Source: Narcine bancroftii
Taxonomy: Eukaryota
NCBI RefSeq assembly: GCF_036971445.1
Contig: NW_027211801.1
Location: 1,116,001-1,180,000 of the forward strand
Direction of reading: 5' to 3'
Length of the DNA: 64,000 nucleotides
Shown here: piece after piece, positions 1 to 13,929 of the stretch
Layout: each line of letters begins with the position of its first letter
Position numbering within the stretch: the first letter of the stretch is position 1
Made by a program: the position numbers and the translations under genes
The notes under the pieces: generated by a model
What the model saw: only the letters and a program-made list of their open reading frames with translations
Told to the model about the DNA's origin: nothing
The model's database searches: none

Positions 1-79
1 CCTCTGGGAAACAGGGGCACTGGAATTAGAAGCAATCGCAGCTCAATGAAAGTAGGAGGAAGTATCCTGGGAATAATTG

Positions 80-323
80 AGGGTGGCACGGTTAGCGTCA
101 CAGTTACCACCACCCTGTTAAGTTGCTAGCGATTTGGGTTTGAATTTGGCCCTGTCTGTAGGGAGTTTGTTAGTTCTCCCAGTGTCTGTGTGGGTTTCCT
201 CCAGGTGCTTTGGGTCCTCCCACCCTTCAAAACGTACTGGGGGTTGGAAGTCACTGGTGTAATTGAGTGGTCCGGGCTCGTGGACTGACGGGCCTATTAC
301 TGTGCTGTATGTCTAAATCTAAA
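80..323 (+). mobile_element. HE1-like V-SINE
   Basis: tRNA-like head, V-domain motif GTCTGTGTGGGTTTCCTCCAGGTGCT, and a (TCTAAA) tail. Confidence 0.7.
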
Positions 324-329
324 ATGATA

Positions 330-1120
330 ATCCAGCCAGTCGCGCATCAGCAATGGCCAAACGATTTCAGAGGATACTTCGGGGACAGGACTTACAAGCA
401 TTCAGAGATGTATCGTCTTCTCATGGACAGTTTTGTGAGGGGCAGGTCATGCCTCACGAGTCAAACGGAGCTTTTGAAGGAGGTTTCAAAGGAAATCGAT
501 GAAGGTAAAGAAGTGTATGTGCTGCATGTGGATTTTAATGAGTAGTTTGACAAGGTCCCTATGGTGGCCTCATTCAGAACGTCGTGAAGCATGGGATCCA
601 TGGAGCCTTGGCTGTGTGGATTCAGAACTGGCTTGTCTGCAGAAAGCAGAGTATAGTTGCCTGGAGGTCAATGACTAGTGACAATCCAAAGGGATCTACT
701 CTGGGACCCCTGCTCTTTTGTGATTTTTATGAATGATGGTGGGAGTGGAAGGGTGGGTATGTCAGCAGATGACACAAAGTAAGAGGTGTTGTGGACAGTG
801 TAGAGGTTGTCATAAGTGATCCAGTTTTGCAGAGATGTGGCAGATGGAGTTCAATCTGGAGAAGCGTGATGTGACGCACTTTTGAAGGTTGAACGTGAGG
901 GCAGAGAACGTGGTTAATGGCAGGATTATTAACAGTGTAGCAGGACCGAGAAATGTTCAGATCCATCAACCTCTCAACGATGTTGTGCAAATTGACAGGG
1001 TGATTAAGACGGTGTCTTGTGTGCTGGTCTTCATTAGTCATGGGGATTGAGTTCAAGAACTATAAAATTCTAGTCAGACCACACTTGGAATATTGTGTGG
1101 ATTCCTGGTCACCTCATTAT
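330..1120 (+). mobile_element. CR1 LINE RT fragment (degenerate)
   Basis: Remnants of GRSCLT, DF..FDKV, GS.LGP and WQMEFN motifs. Confidence 0.8.
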
Positions 1121-1199
1121 TTGTGTTACAAGATCAAACCAACCTCCAAAAACAAAGAAGGCGTATCACACAGCAGTTAAGATGAACAATTACTTTATT

Positions 1200-3881
1200 T
1201 TTATTTTTTTAAAAACTTTATTTATTCATTCAAAAACAAATTATATATGACGTATACAGCAATTAAACATGAACAGTAACTTTATATATATATACATATT
1301 TATATAAGAAATGAAAAGGACCCCCCCACCCCTTCAGCCAACTCTCCTCAGGAGAGCCAAAAAAAAGAAAAAAAAAGAATATTAAAAAAATGAAATATAC
1401 ATATTAAAATCTAATCAATATGAATTGAAATGTAAACATTCTGAGTATAACAGCCACTTATTAATAATTATAATTATCATGTGAAACATATGTAATTATT
1501 TCCATTATTAAACAATATTTCATCTCATTTTGCCATCGATTAATATCAATCATATTTGTATCTTTCCATGTACTTGCAATACATTTTTTTGCTATGGATC
1601 AAGCTAAATATACAAAAGCAAGCTGGAACTTATCTAATTCCAAACCTTCCAAAGGTTGCAAACTTCCCAATAAAAATACTGTTGGATCTAAAACTATTTT
1701 AATCTTATACAGATATTCTAAAAACTATTGAATTTTCTTCCAAAAAGATTGTATATGTATACATGACCAAACAGCATGAAAAAAAGTTCCAACCATATCA
1801 CCACATCTAAAACACAAATCTGATTCATTAAAACCATTTTGTTTTAATTTTTCAGGTGTCAAATATAATTGATGTAAAAAGTTGTAATTAATCATTACAT
1901 AATGTGCATTTATCAATCAAGTTACACTATCATAACAGATATGTAACCAATCCTCTTCAGAAGAAAATAAAACCAATATCCGATTCCCATTTAATTTTAG
2001 ATTTATCCCAACACTATTTATCCATTCCATCCTGTAATATTTGATACATAAATGAAATATATCCCTTCTCCGGTACCTTCATAAAGAAAAGTCTCAAATT
2101 ATGTCATTTTAGGTAAAATCATATCTCTACCAAACATACATTTTACCAAAGATCTCAAACATTAAAAGTAGCAAACCTCAACTTTGACAAATCTACTATT
2201 ATTACTAAATACCAATAATATCTTGATATAGAAACTCAAATCAACGTGTATAGGCCCTCTAATAAAAAAAATTACAAATTAAAAACTAAAAAAAATTTAA
2301 AAAAAGAAACCCCTCCCCCCAAAAAAACTACCAAAAGGTAGTAATCCCCTAAAGAAAAATTGGGTGTGGGTCACCCATCAGTGGCTGATGACTAGTAAAA
2401 GTGCATGTCTCTCCCTCTCCAGACAAACAGACAGTAACATCAAAATCTCATAATAATAGAAAAAAATAGAGTTAAAAAATTCTTCTTTTCATCCAGAAGA
2501 TTCCAATCTCGAAGATCCCATTTCAGAAGGAGGTAGACTCTTTCCATTCCTGTTTTTCCCATTTCTGCCATCTCTTCCATTTCCAGAGCAACCAGATTCT
2601 TCTTTAGGAAATAATGGTGGACTTCGTCTTTGTCCTCTTTTATCTGGCAATGAATTAGCAAAAATCATTGCTTCACGATCAGTTTCAAAAAAACCAAAAT
2701 TGATAGTCTCCATAAAATACCTTCAATACTGCAGGGTAATGAAAAGTAGATTTATAACCTTGACGCCACAAAACTTCTTTAACTGGATTGAATCGACGTC
2801 GACGTTGAATGACATCTTGACTCAGATCAGGATAAAAAAAGATTCTACTATTCTGAATCAATAATGGGGTTTGTCGTTGTCTCACATTTTGTACTGCAAG
2901 TCGAAGTATTGATTCTCTATCCAAATAACTCAAACATCGAATTATTACCGGTCTCAGTGGTTGACCAGCTGAGGGTGTTCTTCTCAAAGCTCTATGGGCT
3001 CTTTACAGTGCCGATCCCCCAGAGAAAAATTCTTGCCCTAATATTTGCGGAATCCAGTCTTTAAAAAAACCAACAATTTTCACATTATTCCTTCTGTTTT
3101 GATTTTCCAAATAATCTATTTTTCTTTCTAGCTCCTTCTCATGTTCTCCTAATTCTATGACTGATTTTTCCACCTTCAATACTTTTTCTGTGTTAGAATT
3201 CACTTGTTTACAGTCCAAAAAAGCAGTCTGAATTTTAAAAAATTCTTCATAAGATGTATCCACACGTGCCTTCATACCAGCATTCATTTGAACCATTTCA
3301 TTCATTTAAGATGTCAACAAATCCATTCTAGGTTTTATAGCAGCTTGAATAGCTGCCTTCAATTGTGATTCAGTGAATCTCAGCTCTGCTCTCTCTGACA
3401 TCGTGGCAGAACAAGGTAACTGCAGCTCCTGCTGCAACTCAATAAAAGGCATTTTAAAAGATTTACTGCGGGTCTGGACTCCCAGCGACGGCATCCCGAC
3501 TTCTTCAGGGAGTCGCCGCTGGTCTCCCCCCGCATCTTGTTGTCTTCTCATCCATTCGCGAAGAAAAACGACTTATTCGAATTGTAATATTGACTGATGC
3601 ATTTCCTTTTCAGCCTCCACAGGCGATCCTTGGGATTTAGGTAATGAAGAAATTAAGCCTGGGGCTGCTTCAAGTCGTCTATGCCCCAATTCTTCAGCAC
3701 TTCGAAAATGTATTTTCTTTTGAACTTGAGATTTAGTCTTTTTACCATTGGAGGCCATAATAATTCCTTAATAATTTAAACTAAAATTTTAAATATTTAA
3801 ACTTGGAAACAAAGGGTTATAAAATGGCCAGAGAGGTCGAGAATGCACCTCTAGACTCTACGCCATCTTGCCATGCCCCTC
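1200..3881 (-). mobile_element. Internally deleted L1 (5'UTR + ORF1 + 3' end with poly-A)
   Basis: ORF1 motifs LENQNRRNNVKIVG and FFYPDLS, a C-terminal CFRC..H..WSC, and a poly-A tail. Imperfect 15-bp TSD aacaattactttatt (1185) / aacaattgctttgtt (3882). Confidence 0.85.
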
Positions 3882-4509
3882 AACAATTGCTTTGTTAACA
3901 AAATTTCATACTTTAATTCAAAATTCCTCCTTTTATAACAATGCCCACTTTTTAATATACTAATTTCTATAACAGTGTAAAACTAATAAATTCCCCAGCC
4001 TAAATATATCATATATAATCAAAGCCTAAGTTATATTTCCCACCAGCCCACAGAAAAAAAATTAGACACAAAGTAAACACAAAACACATAAGACTCCCAA
4101 ATCTTCGATGATAATCGAAGTAAAGATCATAAACAAAATTCAGTTTGTTTGGTAAACTGAAGCCAAAAGATCTTTGAGAGAGAGAGAGCACAAAATTCAA
4201 TGTGGTCTTCTTGTGTTGCTTGCCGAGAGAGGAACAAAGGCATGGTCCGGATCCTTCTGGCTTCTTCCGGAATGTTCATCCCATTTAAAATGCCCAACAT
4301 TCCAAACTGTCTCCCAGACAATGACTCTGGTTGGGCCTCCTTCCACTTCACAACCACACCCAAGGGTGTTTGTCTTCCAAGTCCAGAAATTTCTAGATCA
4401 TCTTCTGCACATGCCCAGTCCGTCTCCCTCTCTCTGCAGTCCACCTTCACATTGACTCTCAAAGGCAAACTCACTTTTTAACATAAAACCACACAACACA
4501 TAGGTCAAT

Positions 4510-4812
4510 CTTCTTTTTCTTTGGCTTGGCTTCGCGGACGAAGATTTATGGAGGGGGTAAAAAGTCCACGTCAGCTGCAGACTCGTTTGTGGCTGACAAG
4601 TCCGATGCGGGACAGGCAGACACGATTGCAGCGGTTGCAGGGGAAAATTGGTTGGTTGGGGATGGGTGTTGGGTTTTTCCTCCTTTGCCTTTTGTCAGTG
4701 AGGTAGGCTCTGCGGTCTTCTTCAAAGGAGGTTGCTGCCCGCCAAACTGTGAGGCGCCAAGATGCATGGTTTGAGGCGATATCAGCCCACTGGCGGTGGT
4801 CAATGTGGCCAA
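4510..4812 (-). mobile_element. RTE-clade LINE 3' fragment
   Basis: HIDHRQW...[22 protein letters not shown]-terminus and the gaagccaagccaaagaaa tail. Confidence 0.9.
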
Positions 4813-4869
4813 TACATATGTCAATACACAACACATAGGTCAATACACAACACAGAACTCAGTAACAGG

Positions 4870-7800
4870 TCCTTGAGTCTGGTCATGAGTGCGATCTTGA
4901 GGTACCTGTGGAAACGCTCCACTATGCTGTTGCCCTGCGGGTGGTATGCATCATATGGTGTAGCTGACTGCCCCAAAGTTTGGCAATGTCGGTCCACAAA
5001 CTGGAGGTGAACTGTGCACCTCAGTTAAAAGTGATGTGCTGTGGCAGTCCGAATCTTGCAATCAAGGATGAGAGGAGTGCTTTGCAACAAGACCAGGTGG
5101 ATTTGTCAGCCAGGGGGATGACTCTGGCCACTGGGTGAAGCAGTCGACTAGCGGAAACCCAGAGAGGCTGGTAAGGGTCCCACTATGTCCACGTGAATGT
5201 GGTCAAACCGCGTTCCATTGGCTCGAAAGGCTGTGGGGGTACTATGTTGTGTTGCTCCACTTAGGCTGTTTGGCACTGCGCACATGTTTTGGGCCACCCC
5301 TGGACTTGTTTCTGCAATTTATGCTGCACGTACTTGCTGGCCACCAGCTAGACAGTAGTCCTGATGGATGGGTGTGCCAGCACGTGGTTGGAGTCAAAAA
5401 CTCATCCCCTCTATGCCATTGGGATAATAGGTCAAAACTGCCGGTGGTCACGTCGCACAGGAGGGTGGTAGTACCTGTGTCAACTGGAATGTCCTGAAGC
5501 CGAAGGCCTGTGACAGCGGTCCTGTACTGCGGGATCTCATTATTCTGCTGCTGTGCCTCTGCCAGGGCTCCAAATTCCAGACCGTTGAACAGGGAGTGAA
5601 TGCTGTGTCTTGACAAGGCGTTCGTGACCACGTTATCATCCCCATGAACTCCTGCAGACCTTTGGTTGTACTGGTCTTTGAGAAGCTGCGGATGGCCTCT
5701 AACTTGTCAGGCAGTGATGTGGCCCCATCCTTTGTAATCCTGTGGCCCAGGAAGTTGATGATGTTCAGGTCAAACTGGCATTTGATCAGGTTGATGGCGA
5801 GGCCGAACTCCTGCAGATGACTAAAGAGATCTCGGAGGTGGCTGAAGGTGTTCCTGTCAGGTTCTAATTGCCACGAGGATATCATTGAAGTAGATGAAAG
5901 TGCCATCCAGGTCTCGTCCTACTGGGTCCATCTGTTGCTGGAATGTCTGTGACACATCTTTGAGCCTGAATGGCATCTTTACGAACTCGAACAGCCCAAA
6001 CCGAGTAATGATGGCCATCTTAGGGATGTCATCAGGATGCTCCGTGTTCTGGTGATATCCTCGCATGAGGTCCACATTTGAGAATATTTTTGCCCCATGC
6101 AGGTTTGCCACAAAATCCTGGATGTGTGGCATGCGGTAACGGTCCAGGGTGCTGGCTTTGTTGAGCGGGTGATAGTCACCACACTGTCTCCAGCACCCAG
6201 TTGCTTTAGGCACCATGTGCAGGGGCAAGGCCCATGGGCTGTCTGACCATCGAACAACACCCAACTCCTCGAGATTCTGGAAATCCTCCTTGGCCAGTCG
6301 GAGCTTCTCCGAGGGAAGTTGTCTCGCCCTTGCATGTTAAGGTGTGTCCTTGGTCAGGATGTGATGTGTGATGCCGTGTTGAGGCATCTCCACTGTGAAC
6401 TAAGGGGAAATGATTGCCGGGAATCACGCAAGTACCTTGGACAATGCATCCTCCAAGCTGTGGACAGAGTTCAAGTGCATTGCCGGAAACCTAGCACCCA
6501 TCAGTGCGATGTTCTGGTTGGTCTTAGTGTGGACATGTCGCTTACCCCTAAGGTCCACTAGGAGGCTGTGGTCCCACAGGACATCCACTCTGAGGAATGG
6601 TTGTTCCACTGCAGCCAGCGTGAACTCCCATGAGAAGTGACTGCCTCTGAAATGCATCTCGGCCCTACGAGTGCCATAGGTCTGTTTACTCCTTTCGTTG
6701 ACAGCTTTCAACGTTGGTTCCGCTAGCCTGCACCTAGCGTCCAACCCTGTCGGGGGTATCAAGCTGACCTCTGCTCCTGTGTCCACCAGGAGGCGTCTGC
6801 CGGACAGGCGGTCCCAGATGTACAGGAGGCTCTCTTGGTGACCAGCTGTCATGGCCATCAACGATGGCTCACCTTGTCGTTTCCCTGGAACTCGCAGGGG
6901 GACTGGCATCGGCGTGCCTCGGTGCCCCATCTCCTGTGGTAGAAGCACCATCTGTCGCTGGACTTGCTCCTGCCTCTCGTCTGCTGTTCCTTATTTGGGA
7001 CTGCTCTGGTCTGATTGTGGGTCTTCATTACTAACCCCACAATAGCCGAGCATTTCTGTTTCTGTTTGCATCGAATGTCTGCCAGTGCTGCAACTTTCTG
7101 GTGGTCGGTGAAATCCGCATCTGCCAGGAGCAGTTGGATGTCATAAGGCATCTGTTCCAGGAATGCCTGCTCGAACATGATGCTGAGCTGTTCATCTCCC
7201 AGGAGGGCCAGCATCTCGTTGATAATTGCTGACAGGGATCTGTCTCCAAGCCCATCCAGGTTGAGCAAAAATGCTCCTCGTTCTCGCCACGTAGGTCCAA
7301 ATGTCTCGGTTAATAGCTCTTTGAAAGCAGTGCAAGTGCCTTCCGATGATGGCCTGTGGATAAAGTTGGCCACTCTGTCTGCAGTCTGTGGATCCAGGGC
7401 GCTGACCACATGGTAGTACCGGGTGATCTCTGCTGTGATGCCCCAGATCTGGAACTAAGCCTCCGCCTAGTGAAAACACACACCAGGTCAAACTGTCCAG
7501 AAGGTTGGGAGTTTCAGGCCGACTGCATTGACTTCTGCTTCGTTCTCCTTTGCTAGATTTAGATCCCTTATTAACCATTGGAGTCACCAATTGTAACTGA
7601 CTGCTACAAATAAACACACACACTCAGTGTGGCAGGTTAAGCTCACTGTATTATTAGTGCTGGAAAGGCTGCTTTTATAGTGTTCAAGTTCCCGCTGTTT
7701 TTGCTGATTGACTGGGTCAGCCAGATGAATAACAATAGCAGGCAGGAACGTCCATGCATATGAATACCCTTCTTCCCCAGCTTGTTTCTGCAGAGTTAGC

Positions 7801-7959
7801 TGGGAAGCTTGATCAATGCCATTTTAGGGCTGTTGGTCTGATGCTGCTCCATCTTCTACCCCCACCGGTTCGTTGTCCTGGGAGTTGCTTTGGAATTATC
7901 TGTCCACGTCTGCTGCTGTGTGATGTGCCGGCCCGATCTTGCAAATGTGGGCCACCTCA
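4870..7959 (-). mobile_element. Gypsy LTR retrotransposon relic (CsRn1-like): LTR, gag, protease, RT, integrase
   Basis: LTR 7592-7959 followed by PBS TGGTGAC. Gag has CFYHRRWG..ARRC..PC (CHCC), protease LLVDTGAEVS, RT WALPLHMVPK/DYHPLN, plus integrase remnants. Frameshifted. Confidence 0.88.
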
Positions 7960-8610
7960 AGTTTTTAATTATATTTGAACAAGAAAACAGAATTAAACTT
8001 TAACTTATTACTCAACCTACTTACTTAACCTACCTAAACTATTTAATCCCCCTCTATGAATAAGTGCAGGTGTGTGTAATGTATATTTAAGATTAGAAGA
8101 GTTCTCTGGGTCACAGTCCAATCTCACTGGTTGCAGGCAATTCTTGTACTGTGCACAGAAGTTAGCATAAACAAAGTTCACCACTCTTTGGTGCTTAACA
8201 GGCAAATGGTTACCACTCAGGAGGGTTCTTGTTGGTCTTCAGAGAGAGATTCCTTTTCCAGGACATCTGCAACTAATTCCTTCTCCATCAGTCTTGCTGT
8301 TGAAACTTGCCCTCTTCAGGGTTCTCCAGATGATCCTCTTTCTTTCAGGTCACCTTTCAGACTGCCAGTATTCTCCTTTGACCAGGCAGTCTTCCAAAGT
8401 TTGCCAGGCTGTCCCTCTGGAACTGATTTCTGTGACTCTTTCTCTCTCACTCCCTCTCTGAGAGCAACGCTGTTCTGTCCAGTTGATACTGTGTTGCCGC
8501 CTGCAAAAAGCACCCTGCAAAAGTCCTGCAAATATTCTGTGTTTTAAAATGTGTGTGTGCCCGCTGCTCTAGCAATTCCTCCCAACCCACCTCGAAATAC
8601 CCTTTCACAA
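7960..8610. mobile_element. Partial LTR, same family as the solo LTR at 62985-63701
   Basis: Long direct similarity, e.g. gtttttaattatatttgaacaagaaaacagaatt. Confidence 0.8.
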
Positions 8611-9020
8611 TCTTTATCACCTAAATTCTAAGTTATCTTTTCGAGAGGAATACAAGATCTCATTTCAGTACGTCATCTCTGTATACCCAAATCCATATTA
8701 GGCCCAGTTAATAGCGACACATATCCTTGAAACACCTAAAGCCAGTTGTAAAAATATACTTTGTTACATGATTAACTTTAATTTTAATTTAAACATTTTA
8801 ATATTTCATAATAAAAATAACTTTGGGTCTAACAGATGGTTAACCTTTAACACTTTCCCTAAAAATGCTTTAATTTGTATCCAAAATGACACAAGTTGAG
8901 TCAACAAAAGAACCTATCTCTTTAAGACGTCTAAAACACAATTCTGAAGAAATTCATTTCAATCTTTTTTAATCTTTCAGGTCCTATTATAATTGATGTA
9001 AAAAATTATATTGTACTAAT

Positions 9021-9742
9021 TATAACGGAAGATTTAAACTGTGTTTTTTACTTCTGCAGCTGCAAGGCTGAGAACCTATTTGTTTTTTAGAATCAGCAGA
9101 CATAATGTAATTTACACCCTGAGGCCCAGGATGCATATTTAGTAGACACACCTAAATTGGACCATGGGCCCCAGGATGCAGTTGTTATCTAATTTACACT
9201 ATGGGGCCCAGGGATGCATATGAATCAGTAGACATTATCCAACTTCCACAATGAGACCCAAAGATGCAGTTGTCTTTTGTTGGTCGCAGACTGTCAGGAG
9301 CCCTTAAAGATAATTAAATCATTTGTTCAAAGAGATAAGATCTGAAGTAAACAACTTTTGGGTAATATAAGCCATGGTCCCACTGCTGAAGTTTGAGACT
9401 CTCCAAGAGGTGGCAACATCTCTCAGCAAGAAGAAGAACTTCAAGACTCCAACCCGACGTCCCGGTCCGGGGAGGTGGAGAAGCTGCTACCGGCGCCCAG
9501 ACAACCTAATACAAGTGTGCAGTCATTGTCTCGCTTTGGCAGTTGGGACCAGTCCAGGGAGCACCCAGCCAGTATAATTGGGAAGGGCTTGCATGTTGTA
9601 GTGTAAATTCAGCTTTAGATTTAGTAATAAAGACTTGTATAAACTGAACTGCTCTCAGTGTGTGTCTATCTTCTTTCGGTAGCTCGAACACTGTGACCAA
9701 TCTAAAATGAAGAAAGTGAGAGGTACAAGTTTACCCAAGACA
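9021..9742. mobile_element. Solo LTR with 5-bp TSD CTAAT
   Basis: TSD at 9016-9020 and 9743-9747. Ends TA(TG)...CA. Internal GGCCC(C)AGGATGCA repeats at 9120-9270. The empty site is visible at 41870. Confidence 0.8.
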
Positions 9743-10371
9743 CTAATCTGTATATTTCATTCATAATATTAGTCATATTATCTTTACATAACATTATCCA
9801 AACTCCTTGATCGATTGTTCTACCTAAATCAGTTTCCCACTTTCATCTTGATCTACGAATATCTGATTTGGATATTTTCCTTTGATGTAATTTATACATT
9901 TCTGAAATAAATATATTAATACCCACTTTTGCAAGTAAAATTTCTACCTCAGACTGTCGAGGTCATCTTAGACTTTGACCTAATTGATCAATTAAAAAAT
10001 CTGTAACTTGTATAATAACAAAAAGGTATTATTTGGAATATTATATTTTTTCTTTTTTTGTTGAAACTAAAACCAGTTCAAAACAAACTTCTATTGTTTT
10101 AATCCCCATTTGATTCCATATCTTTAAAAATTGAGTATTACAAGTAAAATGAAAAAGTTTATTTTGATGTTGATTTTTACATGAAATCTTACCTTTCCCA
10201 CCTACCTCATAGTCTATTTTATTCCATAATTCAATTAAATGTTTCAATATAGGTGGGTTGTTATTATCAATTAATCATCTGGTGTTCCATTTATAAATAA
10301 ATTCTAGGATAGATTGTTCATCTCTTTGAGTGAATTCTATATTGGACCATATTAAAGATTTATCTAACTCA

Positions 10372-13300
10372 AACATAACATATAACATAACATAACAATT
10401 TACAGCACTGAAACAGGCCATTAGGCCCTTCTAGTCCACACCGAACCAAACACCCCTCTCTAGTCCCACCTCCTTGCACAATGCCCATAACCCTCCATCT
10501 CCCTCCATCTTCTTCTCATCCATATACCTGTCCAACCTTTTCTTAAATAATAAAATTGACTCCGCCGCCACTATTTCTCCCGGAAGCTCATTCCACACGT
10601 CTACCACTCTCTGAGTAAAGAAGTTCCCCCTCATGTTACCTCTAAATCTCTGCCCCTTAATTCTTAACTCATGTCCTCTTGTTTTAATCTTTCCTCCTCT
10701 TAACAGAAATAGTCTATCCACATCCACTCTGTCTATCCCTTTCATAATCTTAAATACTTCTATCAAATCCCCTCTCAACCTTCTACGCTCCAAAGAATAA
10801 AGACCTAATCTGTCCAATCTCTCCCTATACTCTAGATGCTTAAACCCAGGTAACATTCTGGTAAACCTTCTCTGCACTCTCTCCACTCTGTTTATATCCT
10901 TCCTATAATTAGGCGACCAGAACTGCACACAGAACTCCAAATTAGGCCGCACCAACGTCTTATACAATCTCAACATCACCTCCCAACTCCTATATTCCAT
11001 GCAATGATTGATAAAGGCCAGCATTCTAAAAGCCTTCTTCACCACCCTATTCACGTGAGTTTCTACCTTCAGGGAACAATGTACCGTTACTCCTAAATCT
11101 TTCTGCTCTTCTGTATTCATCAATGCTCTCCCATTTACCACGTATGTCCTGTTCTGATTCTTCTTACCAAAATGAAGCACCTCACACTTATCAGCATTAA
11201 ATTCCATCTGCCATTTTTCAGCCCACTTTTCTAAGCAGCCCAAATCCCTCTGCAATCCTTGAAAACCTTCTTCATTATCCACTATTCCATCTATCTTAGT
11301 ATCGCCTGCATATTTACTAATCCAATTTACCACCCCATCATCTAGATCATTAATGTATATAACGAACAACAATGGGCCCAATACAGATCCTTGAGGCACA
11401 CCACTGGTCACCGGCCTCCAACCTGACAGACAATTATCCACTACCACTCTCTGGCCTCTCCCTTTCAGCCAATGTTCAATCCATTTGACTATCTCAAAAT
11501 TTATACCTAAAGACTGCACCTTCTTAACTAACCTTCCATGTGGTACCTTATCGAAGGCCTTACTGAAGTCCATATAGACAACATCCACTGCACTACCCTC
11601 ATCCACATTCCTAGTCACCTCTTCAAAAAATTCAATCAGATTGGTCAAACATGACCTTCCTCCTACAAATCCATGTTGAGTGCTCCTGATCAGACCCTGT
11701 CTATCCAGATGTTTATAAGTACTATCTCTGAGAATTTTCTCCATTAATTTACCTACCACAGACGTCAAACTTACAGGCTGATAGTTGCCAGGCTTCCTCC
11801 TTGAACCCTTTTTAAATAACGGAACCACATGCACAATGCGCCAATCCTCTGGCACTATCCCCATATCTAATGACATTTGGAAAATTACCGCCAGAGCCTC
11901 TGCTATTTCCTCCTTCACTTCTCTCAATGTCCTGGGGAAGATCCCGTCTGGTCCCGGAGACTTATCCACCTTTATATTCTTCAAAAGCCCTAAAACTACA
12001 TCTTTTGTAATCTCTATATTCCCCATATTTACCCAATTTGCTTTTTTTTATCTCACATCTCCCAATATCCTTCTCCTTAGTGAATACCGAAGAAAAGAAA
12101 CTGTTCAATATCTCCCCCATTTCTCTAGGCTCCACACACAGTTTTCCACTCTGATTCTCTAAGGGACCAATTTTGTCTCTAGCTTTCCTTTTACCATTAA
12201 CATATTTGTAGAACTCTTTTGGATTAGTTTTCACCCTGCTTGCCATAGTTTCCTCGTACCTTCTTTTAGCTTTCCTAATTCCTCTCTTAAGATTCCTCTT
12301 ACATTCAATGTATCTTTCAAACATCCCCTTAACTCCATGCATCTTATATCTAATGTATGCCTCCCTTTTTCTTCGAACCAAGTTTCCAATATTCCTTGAA
12401 AACCACGGCTCTCTCAAACCTTTTGCCCCTCCTTTTAACCTAACAGGAACATAAAGCTTTTGCACTCTCAAAATCTGATCTTTAAAAGACTTCCATCTCT
12501 CTACTACATCCTGCCCATAAAACAAATTGTCCCAATCCACACCCTGCAAGTCCTTTCGCATCTCCTCAAATCTAACTTTTCCCCAATCAAAAACCTCAAC
12601 CCTTGGCCCTGACTTATCTCTTTCCATAATGACATTGAAGCTGATGGCATTATGATCACTGGACCCGAAGTGCTCGCCAACACTAACCTCCGTCACTTGA
12701 CCCATCCCATTTGCCAACAGTAGATCTAACACTGCTCCTTCTCTGGTTGGCACCTCTACATATTGTTGTAAAAAACTATCTTGCACACATTTCACAAACT
12801 CTAACCCATCCAGTCCTTTCACAGAATGTGTTTCCCAATCTATATGTGGAAAATTAAATTCTCCCATAATTACAACCCTGTGCTTATCACAAATATCTAC
12901 TATATCCCTACAGATTTGCTCCTCTAGGTCTCGGTCCCCTCCGGGTGGTCTATAATACACCCCTACAAGTGTAACCTCTCCTTTCCTACTCCTCAGTTCC
13001 ACCCAAATAGCCTCCGTGGATGTGCCCTCTAATCTATCCTTCCTAGGCACCGCTGTAATATTTTCCCTGACAAGCAATGCAACCCCACCTCCTCTTGCCC
13101 CTCCGACTCTATCACACCTAAAACAACGAAACCCAGGGATATTCAGCTGCCAATCACATCCCTCCTGCAACCATGTCTCACTAATCGCTACCACATTATA
13201 CTTCCAAGTATCAATCCACACCTTCAGCTCATCCACCTTTTTTACAATACTCCTGGCATTAAAATATATGAATTTCAGAGATTTCCCAATTTTTAATCCC

Positions 13301-13622
13301 TGTTTTCCCTCATCTTTAATAACAACATTATTTACTTTTCCTGCCAATTGCCCTTCATCTTCTTCCAGAGCATTTCCCTTCTCTATCACCTGCCCATCCA
13401 TATTCAAATACTTACTACAAACTTTCTTTGTTTGCATTCTAACCTTCTCCTTACTGCTCTGTACTATTTTGTTCCCTCCCCCCAACCATTCTAGTTTAAA
13501 GGATCCTGAGTAGCCCTAGCAAATACCTCTGCCAGGATTCTGGTCCCCCTGGGATTTAAGTGTAACCCGTCCTTACTGTACAGATCACATCTCCCCCCAA
13601 AAAAGGTCCCAGTTATCCAGAA
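10372..13622 (-). mobile_element. Young 5'-truncated CR1 LINE, near-intact ORF2 (APE + RT)
   Basis: ORFs 11962-13485 (APE: FNARSI, ISETW, GSSDHN) and 10431-12026 (RT: GVPQGSVLGP, YAGD) are split by one frameshift. (TATGT)n-type tail at 10373-10398. Confidence 0.95.
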
Positions 13623-13929
13623 ACTTACATTCATTAATAAATTTCAACTGAGCAACTTTATAATAAATTTGAAAATGTGGAAGCTGTAAACCTCCTAGTT
13701 CAAATTTCCAAGTTATTTTCTCTAAGGATTCATTTACCTATTTATCTTTCCACAAAAATGTCCTAATTATTACAGTAAGAACCTTAAATTTTTTGAGGTA
13801 TTTTGAAAGGAATGGATTGAAAAAGATATTGATCCTTGGTAAAATATTCATCTTGATACAATTCATTCCATCTATTAAAGTTATAGGTAAATCATTCTAT
13901 CTATTCAAATCCTCCTTAATTTTATTAAT

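Larger units (their letters stand above)
1124..4868. mobile_element. LTR-like element (TGTTAC...GTAACA) interrupted by an L1 and an RTE
   Basis: Inverted terminal hexamers. The two halves rejoin across the L1 TSD. No TSD of its own. Confidence 0.5.

Noticed and set aside
9120-9270. Spaced GGCCCAGGATGCA repeats resembling a CRISPR array
   Set aside because: Eukaryotic DNA; these are degenerate tandem repeats inside a solo LTR.
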